A stretch of 64,000 nucleotides of DNA from NCBI GenBank assembly GCA_036401335.1, contig DASWVC010000054.1, forward strand, positions 411 through 64,410, in the 5' to 3' direction. Shown here in pieces: positions 24,634 through 34,344 of this stretch. This stretch comes from Chthoniobacterales bacterium (GTDB lineage: Bacteria; Verrucomicrobiota; Verrucomicrobiia; Chthoniobacterales; JAFAMB01). Made by a program: the position numbers and the translations under genes. The notes beneath the pieces were generated by a model. The model did no database searches, was not told where the DNA came from, and saw nothing but the letters and a program-made list of their open reading frames with translations. How positions within the stretch are numbered: position 1 is the first letter of the stretch; each line of letters begins with the position of its first letter.

Positions 24634-25197
24634 TTAACCTCTTTCTACCTGCCAGTATTCCAGTTCCACCGGCGTAGAGCGCCCGAAGATGGAAACCGAG
24701 ACGCGCAGCTTACCACGTTCCGGATCGATTTCCTCCACAACCCCGCTCTGATTTTGAAATGGTCCGTCGGCAACCTTGACCGTTTCGCCCACTTCAAAGC
24801 TAACTTTCGGCTTAACCTTGTCCTCCCGCTCGCGAATCTGTGCCAGCATGCTCTCCACCTCATGCGGGCGCATCGGAACCGGACGGTCTTTGGTTCCAGC
24901 AAATCCAAGCACACCCGGCGTCTCGCGAATAAAGTACCATGTCCGGTCGGCCAGCTGGTTTTGCTTATCCAGAAGGTGCATGTTGACGATCAGGTAACCC
25001 GGGAAAAATTTCCGGGTCGTCTCCGTGCGTTTGCCCCGTTTGATCTCCGAGACACGCTCCGTGGGGATCAGCACTTCGTAAACGAGATCACCCATCTCCT
25101 CGGTCTTGATGCGCCGGGTCAGGTTATCGTAGACCTTCTGCTCCTGCCCGGAGAGCACATGCACCACATACCACTGACTTCGATCGGGTTCGCTCAT
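24634..25197 (-). CDS. nusG: transcription termination/antitermination factor NusG
   Basis: 187 aa. NGN domain WYVVHVLSGQEQKV and C-terminal KOW motif (GETVKVADGPFQNQSGVVEEI). Confidence 0.92.
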   Translation of the reverse strand: MSEPDRSQWYVVHVLSGQEQKVYDNLTRRIKTEEMGDLVYEVLIPTERVSEIKRGKRTETTRKFFPGYLIVNMHLLDKQNQLADRTWYFIRETPGVLGFAGTKDRPVPMRPHEVESMLAQIREREDKVKPKVSFEVGETVKVADGPFQNQSGVVEEIDPERGKLRVSVSIFGRSTPVELEYWQVERG

Positions 25198-25202
25198 GGG
25201 AG

Positions 25203-25309
25203 AAATTGTATCAATTCTATGAATGGTATCAATTGTATCAGTTAAAGAGGAAAGTTCCCCCGCCTTCTATTGGTAGCATTCATGGCACTGGTACAATTGT
25301 TGCAATTTC
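25203..25309. repeat. AT-rich inverted-repeat element built of 9-bp TGTATCAAT units (short copy)
   Basis: Left arm 25207-25242 is four tandem 9-mers: TGTATCAAT TCTATGAAT GGTATCAAT TGTATCAGT. A degenerate inverted arm is at 25270-25309. The element fills the secE-nusG spacer and is related to the element at 39859-40042. Confidence 0.8.
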
Positions 25310-25312
25310 CTC

Positions 25313-25525
25313 TTAGGGCACCAGCCAGCCGATGACTTTGACCATGACAAAGTCCCAGAACGCGATGTAGCCGCTCAGGAGAAGCATCGCGATCACGACC
25401 ACGCTGGTCGAGTCAATGAGTTCCCGGTAGCGCTTTGCCCCTCGCTCTTTAGGGTCCCAGGGCCAGCTTGCTTTGCCAAGTTCCGTCCGCACCTCGCCCA
25501 GGAAAGTGATAGCGCGCTGAAACAT
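25313..25525 (-). CDS. secE: preprotein translocase subunit SecE
   Basis: 70 aa. FLGEVRTELGKASWP motif plus a single C-terminal TM helix. Canonical position between tRNA-Trp and nusG. Confidence 0.85.
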   Translation of the reverse strand: MFQRAITFLGEVRTELGKASWPWDPKERGAKRYRELIDSTSVVVIAMLLLSGYIAFWDFVMVKVIGWLVP

Positions 25526-25548
25526 AAAAAGTGGATTGCAGAAGAAAC

Positions 25549-25621
25549 CAGGTCAGGAGGGACTCGAACCCCCAACCGGCGGTTTTGGAGACCGCTGCTC
25601 TACCAATTGAGCTACTGACCT
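25549..25621 (-). tRNA. tRNA-Trp (anticodon CCA)
   Basis: Hand-folded 73-nt cloverleaf: acceptor AGGTCAG/CTGACCT, anticodon arm GCGGT-CTCCAAA-ACCGC, T-loop TTCGAGT. CCA end not encoded. Confidence 0.9.
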
Positions 25622-25714
25622 AGGCGTCGATGCGGCTGGCGGGGCCACAATGAAAGTGGTCCCGCCATGCGGGACCACTTTCAAACCGCTTCATTTCTCC
25701 TCGAGAAAAGAAGG

Positions 25715-26899
<1,185 letters not shown>

Positions 26900-26962
26900 T
26901 TAAGGTCTCTTTCTTCTTGCTGCTAATGCTCTTCGTAAATTGCTGGTCGTTAGGTCAGCACA

Positions 26963-27038
<76 letters not shown>

Positions 27039-27280
27039 GCCTGCTGTCTTCCGGGTTGCGCACTCAGCGTTGAGGCCAACACGGATTCGTCGCCGGAACT
27101 GACGACAACGACCAATGCCCGCGAAACAGGTCCTTTTCAGAGGCAGGTCGATGGCGGCTCAAGGTCCGTCAAGCGAGCCGGAAACTTAACAAAGAGCAGA
27201 GAAGCGTCAACAGGATTCTTGAGGACCTTCAGAGCGGACACGTCCCGCCGCTGCCCGTCAAGGAGGACGGCCATGGGGCC

Positions 27281-28129
27281 CTACGGGGTCAAAGTCGCCT
27301 CTGGCGACGCCGTCGGGGCAGGTTCCCTCTTGGCTTCAACCCTCGGTGGACAAGGTTCCGCGATCCGCCGGACGTGCAGGGCGCGGCCGGTGGTTTCGTC
27401 AATCTCGACCAGCAACCCGTGGAGGCGCACATCGTTCCGGGCGACGGGGAAGTTAACGGGCATGCTGGTGTAGAAACGTTGAACGATCGGTTCGATCTCA
27501 CGTCCCAGAACCGACTCGGCGGGCCCGCACATGCCGGCATCGCAAAGAAAGCCGGTTCCGCCGGGAAAGATCTGTTCGTCGGCGGTCTGCACGTGCGTGT
27601 GGGTACCCACGACGGCGGAAACCCGGCCGTCCAGAAAACGCCCCATGGCGATTTTTTCGCTCGTGGTTTCCGCATGGATGTCGACGAAAATGACCTTGGT
27701 TTCGTCCTGCAACCGGGCCACTTCGGCGTCGATGGCCCGAAACGGGTTCTCCAGATGCGGGAGCATGTAAGTCCGCCCTTGCACATTGATGACGGCGACT
27801 TTGCCCTTGGCGGTTTCCAGCACGATCGAGCCGTGACCGGGCGTGCCGTCCGGGTAGTTGATCGGCCGGAGCAAACGGGGCTCGCTGTCAATGTAGTGCA
27901 GGATCTCTTTTTGGTCCCAGACGTGGTCCCCGGTGGTGATCACCGCGGCTCCCGCCCGCAGGAGGTCAATCGCAATCTTCGGTGTGATCCCGCGCCCAGC
28001 GGCGGCGTTCTCGCCGTTGACCACGATGAAATCGAGGCTCCAGGCGTGCTTCAACTGGGGAACCATCTCAATCACTGCCTTCCGGCCGGGTTCCCCAATG
28101 ATGTCGCCCAAAAAAAGAAGTCGTAGCAT
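27281..28129 (-). CDS. YmdB-like (TIGR00282-type) metallophosphoesterase
   Basis: 282 aa. N-terminal LFLGDIIGEPGR and VVNGENAAAGRGIT motifs, plus HAETTSEK and GTHTHVQTADE metal-ligand blocks. Confidence 0.85.
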   Translation of the reverse strand: MLRLLFLGDIIGEPGRKAVIEMVPQLKHAWSLDFIVVNGENAAAGRGITPKIAIDLLRAGAAVITTGDHVWDQKEILHYIDSEPRLLRPINYPDGTPGHGSIVLETAKGKVAVINVQGRTYMLPHLENPFRAIDAEVARLQDETKVIFVDIHAETTSEKIAMGRFLDGRVSAVVGTHTHVQTADEQIFPGGTGFLCDAGMCGPAESVLGREIEPIVQRFYTSMPVNFPVARNDVRLHGLLVEIDETTGRALHVRRIAEPCPPRVEAKREPAPTASPEATLTP

Positions 28130-28186
28130 CGCCAGATTACCTATTCCTCTACAAATAGATTCAGCCGAGGGTTGAAGCCACTGACC

Positions 28187-29443
28187 ATGCGCTTCGCCCG
28201 GTTTTCTTTACTCGGATTCCTCCTCTGGTGTGCCACCGGCAGGCTTAACGCCGAGCGGTTGTCGCCGTTGGCGACCGCCCGGGACTGGCGGCTCCTGGCA
28301 GCGGCTGAAAGGGCATTGACCCCCGACGAGTTTTTTCACCTGCTCGAAACGGTTTACGCGCCCGAGCACGCCGCCGACCCCTGGGTGCAGTGGGATGGGG
28401 TTCAGGTCGCCTTGCAGGCAAGCGGCGCGGATCGTTGCACCGTCCCGCTTGCGGCCACAGCTGCCTCCGTTAAGATCCCGCCCCGTTATTGGCGCCCCTT
28501 GCCGACAGAATCGGCGGATGCCCGGCGTCCGCTCGCCGGCGTGACGGTCGCGATTGATCCGGGGCACCTGGGCGGCGTGTACGCGCGCATGGAAGAACGC
28601 TGGTTCCAATGCGACGGCGCACCGCCGGTGCAGGAAGGTGAACTGACGTTGCGCGTCGCCAAGGTGCTGCAGCCGTTGCTGGAAGCACTTGGCGCCCATG
28701 CCGTCCTGGTGCGGTCGAACGCCGAGCCGCTCACGCCCCTTCGCCCCGAAAACCTCCGGGACGCTGCCGCCCGTTTGCTTGAGGGCAGCGACCCAGGCCA
28801 TCCGCCGCTGCCCGGCTACCAAGGGCCGAATGACCCGGAAAAAGAGCATTCGATCGAGTGGCAAGCAGAGCGCCTGTTTTACCGGGTCGCCGAAATCCGT
28901 GAGCGGGCGGTGCGCGTAAACGACGTGCTCCGGCCGGACCTGGTGATCTGTCTGCATTTCAACGCGGAGCCGTGGGGTGACCCGGATCATCCGGAACTGG
29001 TGGAGGCAAACCACCTTCACCTCCTGGTCAACGGCGATTATTCACCGGGAGAATTGGCCTACGACGACGTACGCTTCGAGATGTGGCAGCGGCTGCTCGG
29101 TCGCACGCACGAGGAGGAACTCGCCGTCGCGGAAGCAGTCGCGGGGGCGCTGGCTCGTGCCACCGGCTTGCCCCCGTACCAGTACCACAGCCCGAACGCG
29201 GTACCGGTCGGCACCAGCGGCTACGTGTGGGCACGCAACCTCCTGGCCAACCGTCTGTACCAATGCCCGGTCGTCTACACCGAATGTTACGTGATGAACA
29301 GCCGCGGGTTTGTCGAACGCTACCAGGCCGGAGAATACGACGGCTTGCGCTGGTTCGCGGGCGCCTGGCACGAAAATTTGTTTCGCGAGTACGCGAACGG
29401 AATCGCCGACGGACTCAAAAACTACTGCGCCGGCCGGCGGTAG
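28187..29443 (+). CDS. putative N-acetylmuramoyl-L-alanine amidase-like secreted protein
   Basis: ORF from 28172 (TTG) or 28187 (ATG), with a signal peptide. VAIDPGHLGG and VICLHFNAEPW resemble the Zn-ligand blocks of Amidase_3. Assignment is tentative. Confidence 0.5.
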   Translation: MRFARFSLLGFLLWCATGRLNAERLSPLATARDWRLLAAAERALTPDEFFHLLETVYAPEHAADPWVQWDGVQVALQASGADRCTVPLAATAASVKIPPRYWRPLPTESADARRPLAGVTVAIDPGHLGGVYARMEERWFQCDGAPPVQEGELTLRVAKVLQPLLEALGAHAVLVRSNAEPLTPLRPENLRDAAARLLEGSDPGHPPLPGYQGPNDPEKEHSIEWQAERLFYRVAEIRERAVRVNDVLRPDLVICLHFNAEPWGDPDHPELVEANHLHLLVNGDYSPGELAYDDVRFEMWQRLLGRTHEEELAVAEAVAGALARATGLPPYQYHSPNAVPVGTSGYVWARNLLANRLYQCPVVYTECYVMNSRGFVERYQAGEYDGLRWFAGAWHENLFREYANGIADGLKNYCAGRR

Positions 29444-29531
29444 GGGCGGCAGCTCGGAATCCGCCGTCGCCGTCGGTTGTTTTTGGTTGCAAACGTTTTC
29501 GTTGGCCTTAACGTCTCGCCTCAGTTTTCAA

Positions 29532-29606
29532 CGGGCTGTGGCTCAGCTTGGCTAGAGCGCCACGTTCGGGTCGTGGAGGCCGTGGGTTCGAATCCCACCA
29601 GCCCGA
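29532..29606 (+). tRNA. tRNA-Pro (anticodon CGG)
   Basis: Hand-folded 75-nt cloverleaf: acceptor CGGGCTG/CAGCCCG, anticodon arm CCACG-TTCGGGT-CGTGG, T-loop TTCGAAT. Confidence 0.9.
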
Positions 29607-29736
29607 CTTATCTGTAGAAAGTGCGTTTGCGCGCGCGCATTGCCCAGACCTGGGCGCCCAATTTTTTACGCCCTTTCCGGTCGCGTCCCTGCGCTTCAGG
29701 CTCGCGCTCCGCCGCACCATCGATTCTTATGCACCC

Positions 29737-30813
29737 ATGAAAATGCCTCGGACGACTCCCCTGCTGGTGTTTGCGGCCAGTTTATTCAGCCTTGCCGGGG
29801 TCGCACACGCAGACGCACCGGCCCGGCCAAAGGTCGTCATCCTGGCTACCGGCGGCACGATCGCAGGGTCGGGCGCAACCTCAACCACCACCGTCGGCTA
29901 CCAGGCGGCCAAGGTCCCGGTGGAAGCGCTGCTCCAAGCTGTGCCGGAACTCCAGAAGGTTGCTGAGGTCAGGGGTGAGCAGGTGATGCAGATCGCCAGT
30001 CAAAACATGACCAACGATGGGTTGTTGAACCTTGCCCAGCGGGTCAATGAACTGCTCCGTCAGACTGACGTGGACGGTGTGGTCATCACCCACGGCACCG
30101 ACACGTTGGAAGAGACTGCTTATTTCCTCGACCTGACGGTAAAAAGCCCGAAGCCGGTCGTGCTGGTCGGTTCCATGCGGCCCTCGACCGCCATTTCGGC
30201 CGACGGGCCGGCTAACCTTTACGATGCCGTCCTGATTGCGGGGAGCCGGGATTCCATCGGCAAAGGCGTCCTTGTCTGCCTGGAGGATGAAATCAACGCG
30301 GCCCGCGACGTGACCAAAACCAACACGTCGGCCCTCGACACGTTCAAAGCGCCGGAACTCGGCTTGCTCGGCTACGTGCAAGGCAACCGGGTCGCCTACT
30401 ACCGGAGTTCGGTCCGGCGCCACACCGACATGTCCGAGTTCGACCTCAGCACGGTCCGGCAATTGCCGGAAGTGGCGATTGTTTATGGCCATGAAGGCGT
30501 GACACGGACGGCCGTCGATGCCTTCGCTGCCGCGCAGGTGGCCGGTCTGGTTTACGCCGGGGTGGGCGACGGCAACCCGTCCGAGATCACGGAAGCGGCC
30601 CTGGCCGATGCCCGGCGTCAAGGCGTCATTGTGGTACGAAGTGCCCGCGTGGGCAACGGCATCGTGGCGCGCAACAATGAGGTGAATGATGACCAGCGAG
30701 ATTTCGTGGTTTCAGACACGTTGAACCCTCAAAAGGCGCGCATTCTTCTGATGGTTGCCCTGACCAAGACGCACGACACCAAAGAGCTTCAGCGGATTTT
30801 CGCCGAGTATTAA
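29737..30813 (+). CDS. ansB: periplasmic L-asparaginase, type II
   Basis: ORF 29548-30813; start taken at MKMPRTTPLL (signal peptide). Catalytic ILATGGTIAGS and ITHGTDTLEETAYFL motifs. Confidence 0.85.
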   Translation: MKMPRTTPLLVFAASLFSLAGVAHADAPARPKVVILATGGTIAGSGATSTTTVGYQAAKVPVEALLQAVPELQKVAEVRGEQVMQIASQNMTNDGLLNLAQRVNELLRQTDVDGVVITHGTDTLEETAYFLDLTVKSPKPVVLVGSMRPSTAISADGPANLYDAVLIAGSRDSIGKGVLVCLEDEINAARDVTKTNTSALDTFKAPELGLLGYVQGNRVAYYRSSVRRHTDMSEFDLSTVRQLPEVAIVYGHEGVTRTAVDAFAAAQVAGLVYAGVGDGNPSEITEAALADARRQGVIVVRSARVGNGIVARNNEVNDDQRDFVVSDTLNPQKARILLMVALTKTHDTKELQRIFAEY

Positions 30814-30820
30814 GTGTTGC

Positions 30821-30850
30821 CGGTAGGGTCGGCGGTCCCTCGCCGACCGG
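30821..30850 (+). repeat. partial copy (module A only) of the GGACAAGCTCCC repeat family
   Basis: CGGTAGGGTCGGCGGTCCCTCGCCGACCGG. It contains the hairpin GGTCGGCG-GTCCCT-CGCCGACC, starts 8 nt after the ansB stop, and lacks the GGACAAGCTCC core. Confidence 0.65.
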
Positions 30851-31005
30851 GGCATCGGGGTGCGCATCCCGGTCAAAGAGCTGATCCTTCAGCGCCCACT
30901 CTTGCGGCCAACGGCCCGGCACGATCGGCTCTGGATTGCCAACCCTGCCATGAAAAATCCCGCGTTGCCGGCCTTCAACACGCGTTATTGGCCGACAACA
31001 AACTC

Positions 31006-31767
31006 CTAATGCGATGGGCTTTCCCGGCATGATCGCACCATGCGTGGCGCGCAAAGGTCGTTGTTATCGATCAAAAGCGTTGCCTGTTCTCGCGGGTTAC
31101 ACGTGCGGAAATAAAGTTTTTGACCTTCAACGTAACGCCAATTTTCCGGTGCTGCCGGATCGGCCGACCCATGACCGGGTCTGCGTTGTGCCCCTCTCGG
31201 GATCGAAACCTCGAAGTCGACGTCGAGGAAGATGGACAAATCCCAGTAGGCGAGCAATTCCGCTCGATGAAGAAAAATCCCATCCAAAAGCAACACCGCG
31301 TTTAACGGAGCAAGTTGATCGGGTACCTTGATCGGCAAGTCCGAAACCTCGTCAAAAACTCCGGTTCGGAAGTACCTTGAACCACCCGGGCTCAACGGAT
31401 CAAGAGGCGCCTCGCGAAGGGCACCCTAATCATAAGAGTCCAGAAAAAAACCTTCGGGCGAGCTCCGGCCTCTCCGGTACCGTACCTTCCGCGAATGGTG
31501 AAAGGCATCAACGCCGGCACGAATCACAGTACTATCGTTTTGAAATTGGTTTCGACGATACCCTGAACTGTTGGGAAACAGCACCCCTTGGCATGTGCAG
31601 TGTCTCTTTGGTTGCCCGAAGCGCGACCTCCCATGTCCTTGCACGCCGACACCTTCGTCCTGGGGCGCTTGGGGACAAGCTCCGCTGCCAGCAACCCCCG
31701 CCGCCAGCGCGGGAACGCTGCATGGGAGGGCCCGGCAGGGGGGTTCGCGCTTGCGTCGTGCCAGCAT
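31006..31767 (-). pseudogene. uridine-kinase-like P-loop kinase gene interrupted by an in-frame TAG
   Basis: ORFs 31426-31767 and 31006-31395 are in the same frame, separated only by a TAG at 31426-31428 (...RYRRGRSSPEGFFLDSYD*GALREAPLDPLSPGGSRYFRT...). LLLDGIFLHRAELLAYWDLSIFLDVDFEVS resembles the uridine kinase family. The 5' part is degenerate and carries repeat copy 2. Confidence 0.5.
31663..31689 (+). repeat. GGACAAGCTCC repeat core, copy 2
   Basis: GGGCGCTTGGGGACAAGCTCCGCTGCC. Confidence 0.75.
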
Positions 31768-31786
31768 TGACGTTCATAACGCCTGG

Positions 31787-32248
31787 GTGACACCGTCATC
31801 CGCGGGAAAATCCGGCTCGGAAATTATTGCCCTGCTCGGGCTGCAACCGCATCCTGAAGGAGGGCATTACGTCGAGACTTACCGAGGTCCGCTTGATGGG
31901 GCCGAGCGCCCCCCTGGTTCCGCCATCTATTACCTGCTGGCTGAAGGGGAATTCTCGAGGTGGCACCGGATTGACGCCACCGAGATCTGGCATTGGTACG
32001 CCGGCGCACCGTTGGAATTGCGCATTTCGGAAGGAGCCGGCAGCGTCCAGATGACCCATCTCGGCCATGATTTCGCGGCGGGCGAACGCCCGCAGGTCAT
32101 CGTCCCTCCTTTCGTGTGGCAAGCTGCCCGGAGCCTGGGCCCGTGGACGCTCGTGGGTTGCACGGTCAACCCCGCGTTCACGTTTTCCGGCTTCGAACTC
32201 GCACCGACCGGTTGGGAGCCAGGACACCGCGGCGGGAGTCCGGGTTGA
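31787..32248 (+). CDS. cupin-fold protein (DUF985-like)
   Basis: ORF 31571-32248; start is uncertain (GTG 31787 chosen). LGLQPHPEGGHYVETYR and FSRWHRIDATEIWHWYAGAPLEL match the DUF985 cupin pattern. Confidence 0.6.
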   Translation: MTPSSAGKSGSEIIALLGLQPHPEGGHYVETYRGPLDGAERPPGSAIYYLLAEGEFSRWHRIDATEIWHWYAGAPLELRISEGAGSVQMTHLGHDFAAGERPQVIVPPFVWQAARSLGPWTLVGCTVNPAFTFSGFELAPTGWEPGHRGGSPG

Positions 32249-32405
32249 ACCGCGTTTTGAAAAGGCCGACGACCCGCGTTTACGGATTGATGCTCCAGCC
32301 GAGTTTGCCCAAACCTTTCCGTGCGGGTCCGCGAAACGATAAAGAAGGGCGTGGCCGCGCGCGTCACCGCCGGAAAGGGCGGGCTTAACCGCTAGAAAGG
32401 GAAAA

Positions 32406-33863
32406 ATGGATCTGTTGCGGACAAAACCGACGGAGGGGTTGGTTGAGGAAAGCGAAGAAAAGCACGGGTTTCGCCGAGCCCTGAACGGGTTCCACCTCAT
32501 TTTACTCGGCATCGGTGCCATCGTCGGCACGGGCATTTTTGTGCTTACCGGCACCGCTGCCGCCCAACATGCCGGGCCGGCCATTGCCGTGTCTTTTATC
32601 ATCTCGGGCCTGGGATGCCTTTGCGCTGGACTGTGTTACGCCGAATTCGCGTCCATGCTGCCCGTCTCGGGCAGTGCCTACACGTATGCGTACGCTACGG
32701 TCGGAGAACTGATCGCGTGGATCATCGGGTGGGACCTGATTTTGGAGTACCTGTTCGGGGCGGCGACGGTCGCAGCCGGCTGGTCCGGGTACGCGACGGC
32801 CTTGTTGGGGGACTTCTCGATCAAACTGCCTGCGGCCCTTTGCCACGCCCCGCTCGATTTCGTGAACGGGCGGATGGCGCTGACGGGTGCTTTCCTGAAC
32901 TTGCCGGCGATGCTCGTGATCGCCGTCATCACGGTGGTCCTGGTCTTCGGCATCCGAGAATCCGTGCAGGTCAACAATGCCGTGGTGATTGCAAAACTGT
33001 TGGTGGTGGCGGCTTTTTTGGTGGTGTGCTTTCCGCACATCCGCACCGAAAACTGGGCACCGTTCCTGCCTCCCAGCCAGGGCCAGGTCGGGGTTTTTGG
33101 CTGGACCGGCGTTCTGGCGGGAGCGGGCGTGATCTTTTATGCCTACATCGGCTTCGACGCCGTTACCACGGCGGCCCAGGAAGTGAAACGTCCGCAACGG
33201 GACATCCCGATCGGGATTCTGGGCTCTCTGGCCATCTGCACGGTCCTGTACGTGTTGGTGTCCCTGGTGCTCACGGGCGTCGTCAATTACCGTGAACTGA
33301 ATGTGCCGGCGCCGGTGGCGTTTGCCGTGGAAAGGATCGGTCCATCGGTTGCCTGGATTAAGCCGTTTATCGAACTGGGCGCCCTGGCCGGTTTGAGCTC
33401 GGTGATCCTCGTCCTCCTCATGGGCCAGCCCCGGATTTTCCATCGGATGGCGATGGACGGGCTGTTGCCGCCGGTGTTCTCCAAGGTGCACCCGCGTTTT
33501 CGGACTCCGTTTGTCACGACCATTGTCACCGGGTCCGTTACTGCCGTGTTCGCCGGACTTTTGCCAATCAAGGTACTCAGTGAACTCGTCTCCATCGGGA
33601 CACTGCTCGCCTTCGTCATCGTGAGCGTCAGCATCATCATTCTCCGGCGCACCCGCCCGGAATTAGAACGGCATTTCCGAACGCCGTGGGTCCCCTTTGT
33701 TCCGGCCTGCGGCGCCGTGATCTGCGTGGCGCAGATGGTGTTTCTGCCTTGGGAGACCTGGTTGCGCCTGCTGATCTGGCTGGCCCTTGGGCTGATCATC
33801 TACTTCGGCTACAGCCGCACCCACAGCGTTTTGCACCGGAAGGGGAAGAAGGTAGCGGGGTGA
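32406..33863 (+). CDS. APC-superfamily amino acid permease (cationic amino acid transporter-like)
   Basis: 485 aa, about 12-14 TM helices. GIGAIVGTGIFVLTG and AELASMLPVSGSAYTY-type motif (here AEFASMLPVSGSAYTY). Confidence 0.85.
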   Translation: MDLLRTKPTEGLVEESEEKHGFRRALNGFHLILLGIGAIVGTGIFVLTGTAAAQHAGPAIAVSFIISGLGCLCAGLCYAEFASMLPVSGSAYTYAYATVGELIAWIIGWDLILEYLFGAATVAAGWSGYATALLGDFSIKLPAALCHAPLDFVNGRMALTGAFLNLPAMLVIAVITVVLVFGIRESVQVNNAVVIAKLLVVAAFLVVCFPHIRTENWAPFLPPSQGQVGVFGWTGVLAGAGVIFYAYIGFDAVTTAAQEVKRPQRDIPIGILGSLAICTVLYVLVSLVLTGVVNYRELNVPAPVAFAVERIGPSVAWIKPFIELGALAGLSSVILVLLMGQPRIFHRMAMDGLLPPVFSKVHPRFRTPFVTTIVTGSVTAVFAGLLPIKVLSELVSIGTLLAFVIVSVSIIILRRTRPELERHFRTPWVPFVPACGAVICVAQMVFLPWETWLRLLIWLALGLIIYFGYSRTHSVLHRKGKKVAG

Positions 33864-33879
33864 CGGAGTGTCGGCGGTT

Positions 33880-33988
33880 CGGTAGGGTCACGAGTCCCTT
33901 TGCCGCTGGCGCGGCGTGACCTTCTTCGAGGGCGCTTGAGGACAAGCTCCCCTACCGGAGGTCACGAAGGGACTCGCCGCCTCACCGG
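33880..33988 (+). repeat. GGACAAGCTCCCCTACC repeat element, copy 3 (most complete)
   Basis: Module A CGGTAGGGTCACGAGTCCCTTTGCCGC, a spacer, the core GGGCGCTTGAGGACAAGCTCCCCTACCGG (33930-33958), then GTCACGAAGGGACTCGCCGCCTCACCGG, which contains the inverse of the AGTCCCTT block. Confidence 0.8.
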
Positions 33989-34344
33989 ACGCCCCGTCGC
34001 GGTCGCTCTCGATCGTGTCGACCGAGTCGCTAAAGCTGGGATCGTTAAGCAGCCGTTCCCATGCCCGGCGGTTTAACGCGGGTTGTTCAGCAAACGATCG
34101 TTGAAGGGTGCCAGCGCTCATCCGTTTCCGGGAAGGTCATTAAGGTCCAATTGTCGCATACAAACGCTTACGACAGATCGCCATGTGGTCAGCTTGTCAC
34201 GTTTGCGGTGTTTTACCTTGAGAGACGCTATGCCCTCATGGCCGTTACCAGCAGCCTTTCTTCCACGCCGATACCCCGTTACTCCCACACCTTCTTCCCT
34301 CCCGCTGGCGCAGCCGGTTCACCCGTACTACCTTCCGCTCTTTT

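Noticed and set aside
31426-31428. In-frame TAG as programmed recoding (pyrrolysine or read-through)
   Set aside because: There are no pyl genes or recoding signals in view, and the gene also has a degenerate P-loop region. Simple pseudogenisation is more parsimonious.
32502-33491. 329-aa minus-strand ORF opposite the amino acid permease
   Set aside because: Antisense to a clear 12-14 TM APC transporter. Its highly charged R/H/D-rich product is implausible.
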